This document shows positions 47,091 to 55,212 of a DNA stretch of 64,000 bases, piece by piece. A model generated the notes under the pieces. That model saw only the letters and a program-made list of their open reading frames with translations, searched no databases and had not been told where the DNA came from. How positions within the stretch are numbered: the stretch's first letter is position 1; every line of letters starts with the position of its first letter. The position numbers were made by a program, and so were the translations under genes. Source of the DNA: a virus (Duplodnaviria > Heunggongvirae > Uroviricota > Caudoviricetes); IMG/VR virus record IMGVR_UViG_3300012933_000331, positions 38,070 through 102,069 of that record. The stretch is one strand, 5' to 3'.

Positions 47091-47149
47091 ACCACATATG
47101 GCAATCAGAGCCGGACTGTCGTAGTATGCTAAAATTTATGAAGGAAACC

Positions 47150-47737
47150 ATGAAATACACAAACATTCTCGACCCTAAATTGTTTCAGTCGGACAAATAC
47201 TCAAACAATTTCACCAAGCCAGTCGCACACATTCATGAGTTTTATCTTAGCGGGCCAATTTGTGACGCTGAAGAATACATTGAGTGGTTTGACGTTATTC
47301 GTAACGCATCAGCAACTGACACAATTCGCATTTACATCAATAGCCCTGGTGGTGACCTATTTACTACACTACAGTTCTTGCGAGTAATGTCGGACACAGA
47401 TGCTACTGTTGTTTGTAGTGTAGAAGGCGCTTGTATGAGTGCAGCTACCATGATCTTCCTACACGGTCATAGTCAAGAAGTTACTCCACATAGCTTGTTT
47501 ATGTTTCACAACTATAGTGCCGGAACATTTGGCAAAGGCGGCGAAATGTACGATCAGCTGCAGTTTGAACGTACTTGGTCAGAAAACTTTATGACTGAAG
47601 TGTATCAAGGCTTTTTGACACCTGAAGAAATCTCCTCAATGATGCACAACAAAGACATTTGGATGGGTTCTGAAGAAGTTGTCCGTCGTCTAACAGCCAT
47701 GCAAGCACAGCGTGAAGCTGAAGCAGCACAAGAATAA
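47150..47737 (+). CDS. clpP: ClpP-like serine protease (S14 family).
   Basis: …IYINSPGGDLFTTLQFL…VEGACMSAATMIFLHGH… matches ClpP signatures (INSPGG, GxAxSxAxxI). RBS aaggaaa precedes the ATG at 47150. The gene lies immediately downstream of the tmRNA. Confidence 0.65.
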   Translation: MKYTNILDPKLFQSDKYSNNFTKPVAHIHEFYLSGPICDAEEYIEWFDVIRNASATDTIRIYINSPGGDLFTTLQFLRVMSDTDATVVCSVEGACMSAATMIFLHGHSQEVTPHSLFMFHNYSAGTFGKGGEMYDQLQFERTWSENFMTEVYQGFLTPEEISSMMHNKDIWMGSEEVVRRLTAMQAQREAEAAQE

Positions 47738-47778
47738 AACATGGCTAAACCCTCTGCGCAAGTACGGTTTAGTTCTCT

Positions 47779-47870
47779 GGAAAGTAATGCAGCGGGGTTG
47801 GTCCTGCGACTGGCCTTGAAAACCAGGTTCTCAGAAATGGGATGGGGTTCGACTCCTCTGCTTTCCGCCA
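47779..47870 (+). tRNA. tRNA-Ser (TGA), type II.
   Basis: Acceptor ggaaagt/gctttcc; D stem gcag/ctgc; anticodon loop cttgaaa; long variable arm; CCA. Confidence 0.6.
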
Positions 47871-47876
47871 TAAGAC

Positions 47877-47945
47877 AGCACACTGGGTGTGGCACATCCA
47901 TTAAATCAAGCTGGTTTGAGTCCGGCAGCCACAGTGTGCTTTCTT
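47877..47945 (+). ncRNA. Long irregular hairpin (9 bp, bulge, 4 bp) capped by a T-arm-like stem-loop gctgg-tttgagt-ccggc, followed by ttcttat. Either a tRNA-like minihelix or the operon terminator.
   Basis: agcacactg (877-885) pairs with cagtgtgct (932-940), and tggc (890-893) with gcca (928-931). A T-run follows. Confidence 0.3.
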
Positions 47946-48269
47946 ATGGCTATTTCATTTAAAAACATCAAAGACCCTAAACTGGGGATAACTGATACAA
48001 TCACATTTGGTAAACTAAAAGGTTGCCGTGTATGCGATGTAGCCCAAGATCATTACGAATACTTGATTTGGGCTGAAAAGTCCGGTTACGTTAAGTTTCA
48101 AACCGAGGCTATTGAGCTGATTCAAGAGCAGGCTAGTTTTGCCCGTTGGCAGATACATGAAGCCGAAGAAGTTGCCCCATACATGGATGGCAACAAATAC
48201 GAATACTTGGCAGAAATTGCCAGTCGTCAAGACTATGACACAAGTTTTGAAGATGATGTTCCATTTTAA
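47946..48269 (+). CDS. Hypothetical protein (107 aa).
   Basis: Track ORF 47889..48269 trimmed to the first ATG after the hairpin. Confidence 0.45.
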   Translation: MAISFKNIKDPKLGITDTITFGKLKGCRVCDVAQDHYEYLIWAEKSGYVKFQTEAIELIQEQASFARWQIHEAEEVAPYMDGNKYEYLAEIASRQDYDTSFEDDVPF

Positions 48270-48270
48270 T

Positions 48271-48346
48271 GCGTGCTTAGCTCAGCTGGTAGAGCAGTTC
48301 GTTGCCAACGAACAGGTCGCAGGTTCGAACCCTGTAGCCCGCACCA
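48271..48346 (+). tRNA. tRNA-Gly (GCC).
   Basis: D arm gctcagctggtagagc; anticodon stem gttcg/cgaac with loop ttgccaa; T loop ttcgaac; CCA. Confidence 0.7.
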
Positions 48347-48370
48347 CAATTACCCTTGCGCCAAACTGGC

Positions 48371-48586
48371 CAAAATACAATGTACAAAGTCTACTGGACA
48401 AATGAAACTGGTAATGCCTGTAGTGCGGAAATACCTCAATTACAGAACACCTTAATTTACGTAGACTTATTACGCAAACAAGGTATGTTATTTGTAACAA
48501 TGGTTTCAGATTATGCTGACATGGTAGGCAAACCAGGCGCACAAGGCGCTGGTGCAGAATATACACCACAAATGTTAAACCCATGA
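48371..48586 (+). CDS. Hypothetical protein (71 aa).
   Basis: Track ORF trimmed to the ATG. Confidence 0.4.
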   Translation, partial: QNTMYKVYWTNETGNACSAEIPQLQNTLIYVDLLRKQGMLFVTMVSDYADMVGKPGAQGAGAEYTPQMLNP

Positions 48587-48756
48587 GTGTGGAATCTCCT
48601 TGTGTAAAACTATGCAAGATAGAGGCAGGAGTTTGTATGGGATGTAAACGAACTTCGGCAGAATTAACAGACTGGTACAAGCTATCAGACGAACAAAAAC
48701 TAGAAATACTAGAAAAAATCAAACAGCGCGGGGTTGGTATAGTGGCTGTGCTCTAG
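48583..48756 (+). CDS. DUF1289-like small Cys protein (57 aa).
   Basis: SPCVKLCKIEAGVCMGCKRTSAEL…LSDEQKLEIL matches the DUF1289/YdhL-like pattern. Its 3' end overlaps tRNA-Gly(TCC) by ~29 nt. Confidence 0.45.
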   Translation: MSVESPCVKLCKIEAGVCMGCKRTSAELTDWYKLSDEQKLEILEKIKQRGVGIVAVL

Positions 48757-48801
48757 CCTTCCAAGCTAGTGAGACGAGTTCGATCCTCGTACCCCGCTCC
48801 A
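48728..48801 (+). tRNA. tRNA-Gly (TCC).
   Basis: Acceptor gcggggt/accccgc; anticodon stem ctagc/gctag with loop cttccaa; T arm acgag-ttcgatc-ctcgt; CCA. Confidence 0.7.
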
Positions 48802-48805
48802 ATTT

Positions 48806-48880
48806 GCATCCTTAGCTCAGTGGTAGAGCGTCGGATTTACATTCCGAGGGTCGGCAGTTCGAAACTGTCAGGATGTACCA
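48806..48880 (+). tRNA. tRNA-Val (TAC).
   Basis: Acceptor gcatcct/aggatgt; D arm gctcagtggtagagc; anticodon loop tttacat; T loop ttcgaaa; CCA. Confidence 0.7.
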
Positions 48881-48981
48881 ATTAAAACCGCTAAGGAACC
48901 GCTCGATGTACTGGAGCCTCCAGGGGATGCGGCAATTAGGGTTACCCTTGACCCTAAACTATATAAACTTGAACACAATTT

Positions 48982-49173
48982 ATGCAACCACACCAACAAC
49001 GAGTAGTAGACGAACACAGTGCTTTAACCGATAAAGCCAAAGCACTATACAACTTTTTTGTAAATAAAACCTTTGAAACACTAGATAGTGACGAGCAAGA
49101 GCTACTTAAAATGCAATACTATTCAATGATGGTATATGCAGGTATCTTGCAAAAACGAATTGCAAAATTTTAA
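48982..49173 (+). CDS. Hypothetical protein (63 aa).
   Basis: Track ORF. Confidence 0.4.
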   Translation: MQPHQQRVVDEHSALTDKAKALYNFFVNKTFETLDSDEQELLKMQYYSMMVYAGILQKRIAKF

Positions 49174-49232
49174 ACTTGAACAAATCCCCTAAAGCCAGTA
49201 TAATATATACTTCTTTAGGGGATTTCTGCATT

Positions 49233-49583
49233 ATGAATCCAGATAAACTATTAACAATGGCAGAATTTGTGGCAGACTTAACAAAATACCACAACATCGA
49301 CATTAACTCAATACACGAATTACATCAAATCATGAACACAACAAAAATTATAAATCAAGCCACAATGCACGATACAGTGCGTAACAAACAGTTTATTGTT
49401 GGTAGCTTTCAGCCAGCAACTGGACTTAGCTTTGCTGCTATTCCAACTGTGCAATATTCAGCAACACAGGCTCGTAGTGAGTGCAAACGCTTGGCTAAAA
49501 TGTACCCAGGCAAGACATTTGTTTATGTGCAGCTGCAGGGTGCTGAAATGACTGTGCCACAGCCAACAACTGTTAGTATCTAA
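49233..49583 (+). CDS. Hypothetical protein (116 aa).
   Basis: Promoter AGTATAATATATACTTC is upstream; start trimmed. Confidence 0.45.
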   Translation: MNPDKLLTMAEFVADLTKYHNIDINSIHELHQIMNTTKIINQATMHDTVRNKQFIVGSFQPATGLSFAAIPTVQYSATQARSECKRLAKMYPGKTFVYVQLQGAEMTVPQPTTVSI

Positions 49584-49591
49584 GGAATCTT

Positions 49592-49888
49592 ATGCGTAAA
49601 ATTGTTATTGGCATGGACGCTGGCCAAGCTGGCACTGATTCGTGGAGTTTTTGGTTAGTTCCAAAATCCATGACCGATACACAGTTATCAGAACTAGCCT
49701 GGGAATGTGCTAAAGACCATGCAGAAATGTATGGTATCTATCCGCGTGATGAATACGTGGATACCGAAGACTTCGATGAAGATGACGAGCATTATTCAGA
49801 GGGGATTGAGGGTTGGTATGAAGACTACGACTCTGAAAAACACGATGGCCACCGCGTTGGCAGCGACACTAGCTGGAGCTCATACTAA
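49592..49888 (+). CDS. Acidic hypothetical protein (98 aa).
   Basis: Track ORF. Confidence 0.45.
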   Translation: MRKIVIGMDAGQAGTDSWSFWLVPKSMTDTQLSELAWECAKDHAEMYGIYPRDEYVDTEDFDEDDEHYSEGIEGWYEDYDSEKHDGHRVGSDTSWSSY

Positions 49889-50412
49889 TGGCTAATATAT
49901 TTTTTGCAAGCGACCATCACCTTGACCACGCTAACATCTTAACATTCAAACGCGACGATGGTACTGCCTTACGCGAGTTTGAGTCAGTTAGTCACATGAA
50001 TGAACATATTGTTAATTGTCACAACTCAGTGGTACGTCCCGGTGATAAAGTGTACTTCTTAGGTGACGTAACCATGAGTTCCAAGACCAGTGCACTAGAT
50101 ATTCTGTATCGCATGAATGGTGAGAAAATTTTAATCAAAGGCAACCACGACTTGTGCAAATTATCTGCGTACGCAGCACATTTCAAAGACGTTCGTGGTA
50201 GTCATCAGTTTGAGGGTCTAATCATGACCCATATACCCATTCACTCAGAGAGCTTAGCTCGCTGGGGATTAAATGTGCATGGGCACCTACACCACAATGT
50301 GGTAAAGATGCCACTATCACAAATTCCAGACCGTCGTTATTTTAACGTTTCGATGGAACGTATTAACTATACCCCTATTTCTCTAGAAGAGGTTAAAAAA
50401 CAATGTCGGTAA
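49888..50412 (+). CDS. Metallophosphoesterase (calcineurin-like).
   Basis: ASDHHLDHAN…GDV…GNHD…H motifs. Confidence 0.6.
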   Translation: MANIFFASDHHLDHANILTFKRDDGTALREFESVSHMNEHIVNCHNSVVRPGDKVYFLGDVTMSSKTSALDILYRMNGEKILIKGNHDLCKLSAYAAHFKDVRGSHQFEGLIMTHIPIHSESLARWGLNVHGHLHHNVVKMPLSQIPDRRYFNVSMERINYTPISLEEVKKQCR

Positions 50413-50855
50413 CATTACAAAACCTGGAGAGTGCCTTAGCCGGTGAATCCATGGCCTATACAAAGTATATGTATTTTGCCAAAATTGCTCGTGAAGAAGG
50501 TTATTCAGAAGTAGCTGACCACTTTGAGCATACTGCAAGCCAAGAACTAAAACACGCTTGGGGTCACTTAGAACTATTAATTGGCAAGCCTAGTACAAAA
50601 GTTTGTTTGGAAAAAGCCATTGAAGGCGAAACATACGAATACACAGAGATGTATCCATTGTTTGAAGCTAAGGCAATTCGTGAAGGTAATTACGAAGTTG
50701 CACAAGAAGCTCGTAACCAAACACAGGAATCTCGTGAGCACGCAGAAGCCTTTATCAAGGTTCTACAAAAAGCAGAAAAGCGCTTTGCAGCACTTAAGCG
50801 TGTGGAGCAGCGTCATGCAGAAGCATATCAACAAGTTTGGGAAACAGTAAAATGA
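50403..50855 (+). CDS. Rubrerythrin/ferritin-like diiron protein.
   Basis: ESALAGESMAYTKYMYFAKIAREEGY…HTASQELKHAW…EGETYEYTEMYP carries ExxH diiron ligand patterns. Confidence 0.6.
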   Translation: MSVTLQNLESALAGESMAYTKYMYFAKIAREEGYSEVADHFEHTASQELKHAWGHLELLIGKPSTKVCLEKAIEGETYEYTEMYPLFEAKAIREGNYEVAQEARNQTQESREHAEAFIKVLQKAEKRFAALKRVEQRHAEAYQQVWETVK

Positions 50856-50986
50856 CATATATTTGTGTAGTATGTGACCACGTTCACGATGAAGCCACTG
50901 AAGGCGCTTGGGATACCCTTCCGGACGATTTTGAGTGCCCTGAGTGTGGTGTAGGCAAAGAAGATTACGTTATTTTCGAGGACTAA
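50852..50986 (+). CDS. Rubredoxin (44 aa).
   Basis: CVVCDHV…CPECGVGKEDY is the classic rubredoxin CxxCG…CPxCG motif. An ATGA overlap joins it to rubrerythrin. Confidence 0.7.
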   Translation: MTYICVVCDHVHDEATEGAWDTLPDDFECPECGVGKEDYVIFED

Positions 50987-51406
50987 ATGCTAGAGTGCCT
51001 GATCTTAGGAGATTCGATTGCTGTTGGTGTTAGTGCCAAGCGTCCAGAATGTGCTTCGTACTCAAAAGGCGGAATTAACACTTGGCAGTGGAATAACAAA
51101 TACCTAACTAAGAATTTATCTGCAAAAACAGTAATTATTAGTTTGGGTAGTAATGATCACAAGTATGTTAAAACTCGTCGTGAGTTGGAAAATATGCGCG
51201 AACTAGTTCAAGCTGACAGAGTTTACTGGATTCTTCCACACGGTAACTTAAAAGGCAGTGAAGTACCTATTGAACGTATTCAGCAATATGTAAACGAAGT
51301 TGCTGAAATGTACCAAGATGTAGTACTGCCAATTAAATACCCAACTAAGGATAATATCCATCCCAGTGATCGGGGATACAAAGACTTAGTAGAAAAAACG
51401 CGCTGA
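50987..51406 (+). CDS. SGNH/GDSL-like hydrolase.
   Basis: N-terminal ILGDSIAVG (GDS motif). Confidence 0.5.
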   Translation: MLECLILGDSIAVGVSAKRPECASYSKGGINTWQWNNKYLTKNLSAKTVIISLGSNDHKYVKTRRELENMRELVQADRVYWILPHGNLKGSEVPIERIQQYVNEVAEMYQDVVLPIKYPTKDNIHPSDRGYKDLVEKTR

Positions 51407-51476
51407 TAGCTCAGTTGGTTAGAGCAGCCGACTCATAATCGGTTGGTCGCGGGTTCAAGTCCTGCTCGGCGCACCA
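51400..51476 (+). tRNA. tRNA-Met (CAT), second CAT tRNA.
   Basis: Acceptor gcgctga/tcggcgc; anticodon loop ctcataa; T arm gcggg-ttcaagt-cctgc; CCA. Overlaps the preceding stop codon. Confidence 0.7.
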
Positions 51477-51482
51477 CTTTTA

Positions 51483-51513
51483 CAAGCCCCTCGTCATGGA
51501 GGGGCTTTTTTGT
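51483..51513 (+). terminator. Intrinsic terminator ending the tRNA array.
   Basis: aagcccctc gtcatgga ggggctt followed by ttttgtttg. Confidence 0.7.
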
Positions 51514-51594
51514 TTGTGGAAATATTCACTTGAAATCTTTATTACTTTTTGATATAATTATTCTTTAACAACACAACCCAACCTTTAAAAACAA

Positions 51595-51960
51595 ATGAAA
51601 ATTAATTTTGCCCAAGTTACAGCTGCTGACGTCGATATGTTTGGTGAAGAAGGCCTTTTTGGCCCAGATGTTCGTGGTAACTTCTACTATAATCAACTAG
51701 AGTACGGCACTAATTTTGGTGGTACTGATGAAGTAGCTATTACGGACGGCTGCGAACGATATATGCCTATTGCCGTTGAGAGTATTCCAGAACTTATTGT
51801 GGCTCTTGAAGAAGTCTTGCGCATCGCAGGCGAAATCAAATTTGCCAAAGAAATCACAACCTATGTAGAAAGCGACGCAGAAGCCGATGTGGATAATTAC
51901 CAAGTCAAACACCGCCCAGAATCCGTTCAAGAAGCTGTTAAACGAGCTGCTTACTACTGA
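51595..51960 (+). CDS. Acidic hypothetical protein (121 aa).
   Basis: Promoter TGATATAAT upstream. Confidence 0.5.
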   Translation: MKINFAQVTAADVDMFGEEGLFGPDVRGNFYYNQLEYGTNFGGTDEVAITDGCERYMPIAVESIPELIVALEEVLRIAGEIKFAKEITTYVESDAEADVDNYQVKHRPESVQEAVKRAAYY

Positions 51961-52143
51961 GTACCAAGACGTGACACTACAACTACTAAAGCAAGTTAGC
52001 AACATAGTAAACGAGCCTTCGGTAGTTGTACAAACGTATGGCGAGGCCTTTCAAGTACTAGAGTTCTTAGCAACGGCCAGAGCCGTAGAGCTAATTGAAA
52101 CAGCTACCAACTCAAAACAATATAGAATCAGAAAGTTAACATA

Positions 52144-52530
52144 ATGGCAACAAAATCCAAAGCACCAGCAACACCTGCAGCAGTTCCACAAGGTGTTGCG
52201 CGTACTCAAGCGAATCGCAAGCGTCGTTTGACCAAACTGTTTAAACAACAGCCAAATAACAAGCAAATCGAAAATGCATTGCTAGAAGTTGGTTCAAAGC
52301 GTAAAGCTCCTGTTACAGCACAGTGGTCACATACAGCAATTCGCTTGGCCAAGTTGTTTAAAGAATTTACAGGACGTGCTCCCAAAGAGCTGTTTAGTTC
52401 TAACCCTAAGGTGCAGCAATCTGCGCTTCAAACTCCAAGTACCAAAACCTTTGATAACTTGCCCCAAGGCAAAGTTGACTTCAGCATCGGTGCTCGGGCA
52501 TTTATGCGCGAAGGCAAAACATGGAATTGA
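52144..52530 (+). CDS. Basic protein (128 aa), possibly nucleic-acid binding.
   Basis: Lys/Arg-rich N-terminus. Confidence 0.45.
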   Translation: MATKSKAPATPAAVPQGVARTQANRKRRLTKLFKQQPNNKQIENALLEVGSKRKAPVTAQWSHTAIRLAKLFKEFTGRAPKELFSSNPKVQQSALQTPSTKTFDNLPQGKVDFSIGARAFMREGKTWN

Positions 52531-52796
52531 TTGGCTACTACATTCTTTTTGCCTGTAGCTTATCACTTACTGCTTGCTATTTTTGGTTTTGGCCTATCTT
52601 ATGTGAAGCGAGAGATGCTGGTATACAGAACTCTTTTACCGAGTATCCCAAACTCAGCTTGGTAATTTACTTTCTTATCACAACAGTGGTTGCTCCACTA
52701 ATGCTGTTTCCTATGCTTAACTCAGCTATGGCACTGAGATTTGAAATTGGTCTGAGAACAGAAATGCTGAAAACAGATCAAGAAATTTCCAGTTGA
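52521..52796 (+). CDS. Membrane protein (91 aa).
   Basis: Hydrophobic helices. Confidence 0.4.
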   Translation: MELIGYYILFACSLSLTACYFWFWPILCEARDAGIQNSFTEYPKLSLVIYFLITTVVAPLMLFPMLNSAMALRFEIGLRTEMLKTDQEISS

Positions 52797-52852
52797 ACGC
52801 ATTAGCTGATCGCTGTATAATATATACTTAGACAGACAACAAAGGCTTACAA

Positions 52853-53125
52853 ATGAAAATCAAAGAATTCACATACACAAAACCCAACGGCGATTTTTCA
52901 CATCGTACGCTTGTTGAGTTGGTTACTCCCACTGAGCACATCGAAGGTATCGACGTATCTGAGCTGGACATGGACGCATACGCTGAGTTTGTTCAAAAAC
53001 TCAAAGCCTTGGAAGATACCATGTACAATCAACGTATGGCGCTGTATGCAGACTTTGATCTCACTAACAACTATCGACGATTCGTTCCAGGCCGCATGAC
53101 CAATGTAACTACCGAATTCGTTTAA
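52853..53125 (+). CDS. Hypothetical protein (90 aa).
   Basis: Promoter TGTATAATATATACTTAGACAG upstream. Confidence 0.45.
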   Translation: MKIKEFTYTKPNGDFSHRTLVELVTPTEHIEGIDVSELDMDAYAEFVQKLKALEDTMYNQRMALYADFDLTNNYRRFVPGRMTNVTTEFV

Positions 53126-53195
53126 AAATACAAACTTGAATCCTACAGCTTTACACTGTATAATACTATTTTAAATCACAGAAAGAACATATATC

Positions 53196-53561
53196 ATGGC
53201 AGCAACTTGGACAGACGAACTCAAGCAAGAAGTTATCGCAAAATACGAAGCCGCAGGCCCAACACCTGAGAACTCCACAGAAATCATCAAAGACATTGCC
53301 GAAGAAATCGAAATGTCTCCGAACGGCGTTCGCATGGTACTGGTGCAAGCTGGCGTTTATGTCAAAAAAGACCCTAGCGCAGCATCTACATCTAAAACCA
53401 AAACAGCCGCCGCTGGTGACAAGCCAGCTCGCGTAAGCAAAGAGTCAGCTATTGCTGATCTCAAAGCAGCTATTGAAGATGCAGGCAAGCCTGTTGACGA
53501 AGACATTTTGTCTAAACTGACTGGCAAAGCCGCAGTTTACTTCCTGTCAGTGCTCAAGTAA
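53196..53561 (+). CDS. HTH-domain family member (121 aa) with an Ala/Lys-rich tail.
   Basis: WTDELKQEVIAKYEAAGPTPENSTEIIKDIAEEIEMSPNGVRMVLVQAGVYVKKD aligns with the family domain. Confidence 0.5.
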   Translation: MAATWTDELKQEVIAKYEAAGPTPENSTEIIKDIAEEIEMSPNGVRMVLVQAGVYVKKDPSAASTSKTKTAAAGDKPARVSKESAIADLKAAIEDAGKPVDEDILSKLTGKAAVYFLSVLK

Positions 53562-53603
53562 TACAAGGCGGCTCTATGCCGCCTTATCTATTTAAGGAAT
53601 CGT

Positions 53604-54230
53604 ATGGCAACACGCAAGAAATCAGCAAGTGAAGAAGAATTGATGACAGACGCTAACATTAGCCGAGTCATCCGCCTACTTGAGCCTCAGGAAGAAGGTG
53701 TCAAGCCTATTACCAAGAAGGACGCTTGTCAGATTCTTGGTATGTCATACAACACAACTCGTCTTGGTGCAATTATTGAGGAGTTCAAGCAAAAGCAGGC
53801 GCGTACCGCGCAACGCAAAGCTGAACTGCGAGGTAAGCCCGCTACCAAAGACGACATTGTTTTTATTATCTCAGAATACCTTGGTGGCGAAACTGTGGAC
53901 GCTATCTCCAAGATGACATATCGCAGTCCCACATTTATCAAACGTATTCTAGAAGAAAACTCAGTGCCAATTCGTGTGCCTGGGTCAAGCTACTTTAACC
54001 CTGAGATGGTTCCAGATGGTGCCCAGCGTGATCGTTTTAAAGTTGGCGAAGTAGTGTACTCTACCAAGTACGACTCTACTGCGCTGATTGAGTCTGAAAA
54101 GCTCACTGAAAAGTATGGATATATCTACCGCATCTTCTTGTTGAGCGACAAGTGGTTGCAGTCAGCTTGGCAAGAACATTATGAGCTTGCCAGCCTACAA
54201 CATCTTCGTGATCTAGGAGTACGGATTTGA
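53604..54230 (+). CDS. Hypothetical protein (208 aa).
   Basis: Track ORF. Confidence 0.5.
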   Translation: MATRKKSASEEELMTDANISRVIRLLEPQEEGVKPITKKDACQILGMSYNTTRLGAIIEEFKQKQARTAQRKAELRGKPATKDDIVFIISEYLGGETVDAISKMTYRSPTFIKRILEENSVPIRVPGSSYFNPEMVPDGAQRDRFKVGEVVYSTKYDSTALIESEKLTEKYGYIYRIFLLSDKWLQSAWQEHYELASLQHLRDLGVRI

Positions 54231-54391
54231 TTAAAATAATCCTTGTTTTTGCGCTAGTTGCACTACTAGTGGCTTTTGTTTACCATTCAGTTAGCAAGTT
54301 TAGTCTCAATGAGTACAAACTTGCTTTTAAAGTTGGGGCAGCAGCCACAGCTTCCATTTTAATTCTTTTTGCTATCACACAACTGTTCTAA

Positions 54392-55204
54392 ATGAAAAAT
54401 ATCTTTAAAATTTCCGCTGTTATCGCCGCTGTTGCACTGACCAGTGCTTGCACTCGTATTGAAACTGGCGAGGTTGGTGTTCGCGTTGACGCATACAAAC
54501 AAGTACAGCCAGGTGAATTGTTGCCAGGTAGCATGAACCAGACTATTATTGGTGATGTGCTGACTTTTCCAACCAAAGATGTCAACGTCACGCTGGAAAA
54601 TATGAGTCCAGTTGCCAAGGATAACTCTACAATGAAGGACTTGGACGCTGTGGTTGTTTACAACATCAATCCACAAGCTGTTGCTGAATTGTATTCCACT
54701 AAGAACAAAAGCTTTCATGCTGAGTTCAGGGGCGATACTTACGTGATGTACAACTACATTGTACAAAATTCTCGTAATGCAATTTACAAAGCAGCACGAA
54801 AGTACGAAGCCCTGGACATGGCAGACAACCGCACTGAAATGGAAAACTACATCAAGGAAGAAATCACTCGTAACCTTGCTGAAGAAAAACTGGATGGCTC
54901 GATTACTATCAATCAGGTTATGATTCGTAATGTGCAACCAAGTGATACAGTTGTTGCTAGTGCTAATGATTTGGTTCGGTCTAAGAATGAACTCAAGCAA
55001 AAAGAAGTTGAGGTCAAAACCGCCGAAGCAGAAGCCCGACGTATTGCTGCTCTAGCACAAAACGCAGGTGCTATCCAGTACATGGATGCTCAGGCTCGTA
55101 TGAAACAAGCTGAGGCAGCTTTTGAAACTGCCAAGGCTATTGCAACATTCAAAGGTAACACTTTGGTGATTGGTGCAGGCACCAACGTCAACGTTGGCAA
55201 GTAA
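54392..55204 (+). CDS. SPFH/band-7 (prohibitin-like) lipoprotein.
   Basis: Lipoprotein signal …ALTSAC, an SPFH-like core, and a C-terminal Ala/Glu/Lys coiled coil. Confidence 0.5.
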   Translation: MKNIFKISAVIAAVALTSACTRIETGEVGVRVDAYKQVQPGELLPGSMNQTIIGDVLTFPTKDVNVTLENMSPVAKDNSTMKDLDAVVVYNINPQAVAELYSTKNKSFHAEFRGDTYVMYNYIVQNSRNAIYKAARKYEALDMADNRTEMENYIKEEITRNLAEEKLDGSITINQVMIRNVQPSDTVVASANDLVRSKNELKQKEVEVKTAEAEARRIAALAQNAGAIQYMDAQARMKQAEAAFETAKAIATFKGNTLVIGAGTNVNVGK

Positions 55205-55212
55205 GGAATACC

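Noticed and set aside
47087-47149. N-terminal extension of the ClpP ORF (TTG start at 47087)
   Set aside because: Overlaps the tmRNA 3' element and the conserved inverted repeat. The ATG at 47150 has a good RBS.
47741-47962. 73-aa ORF
   Set aside because: Covers tRNA-Ser(TGA) and the hairpin.
48282-48722. 146-aa minus-strand ORF
   Set aside because: Antisense to tRNA-Gly(GCC) and two plus-strand genes.
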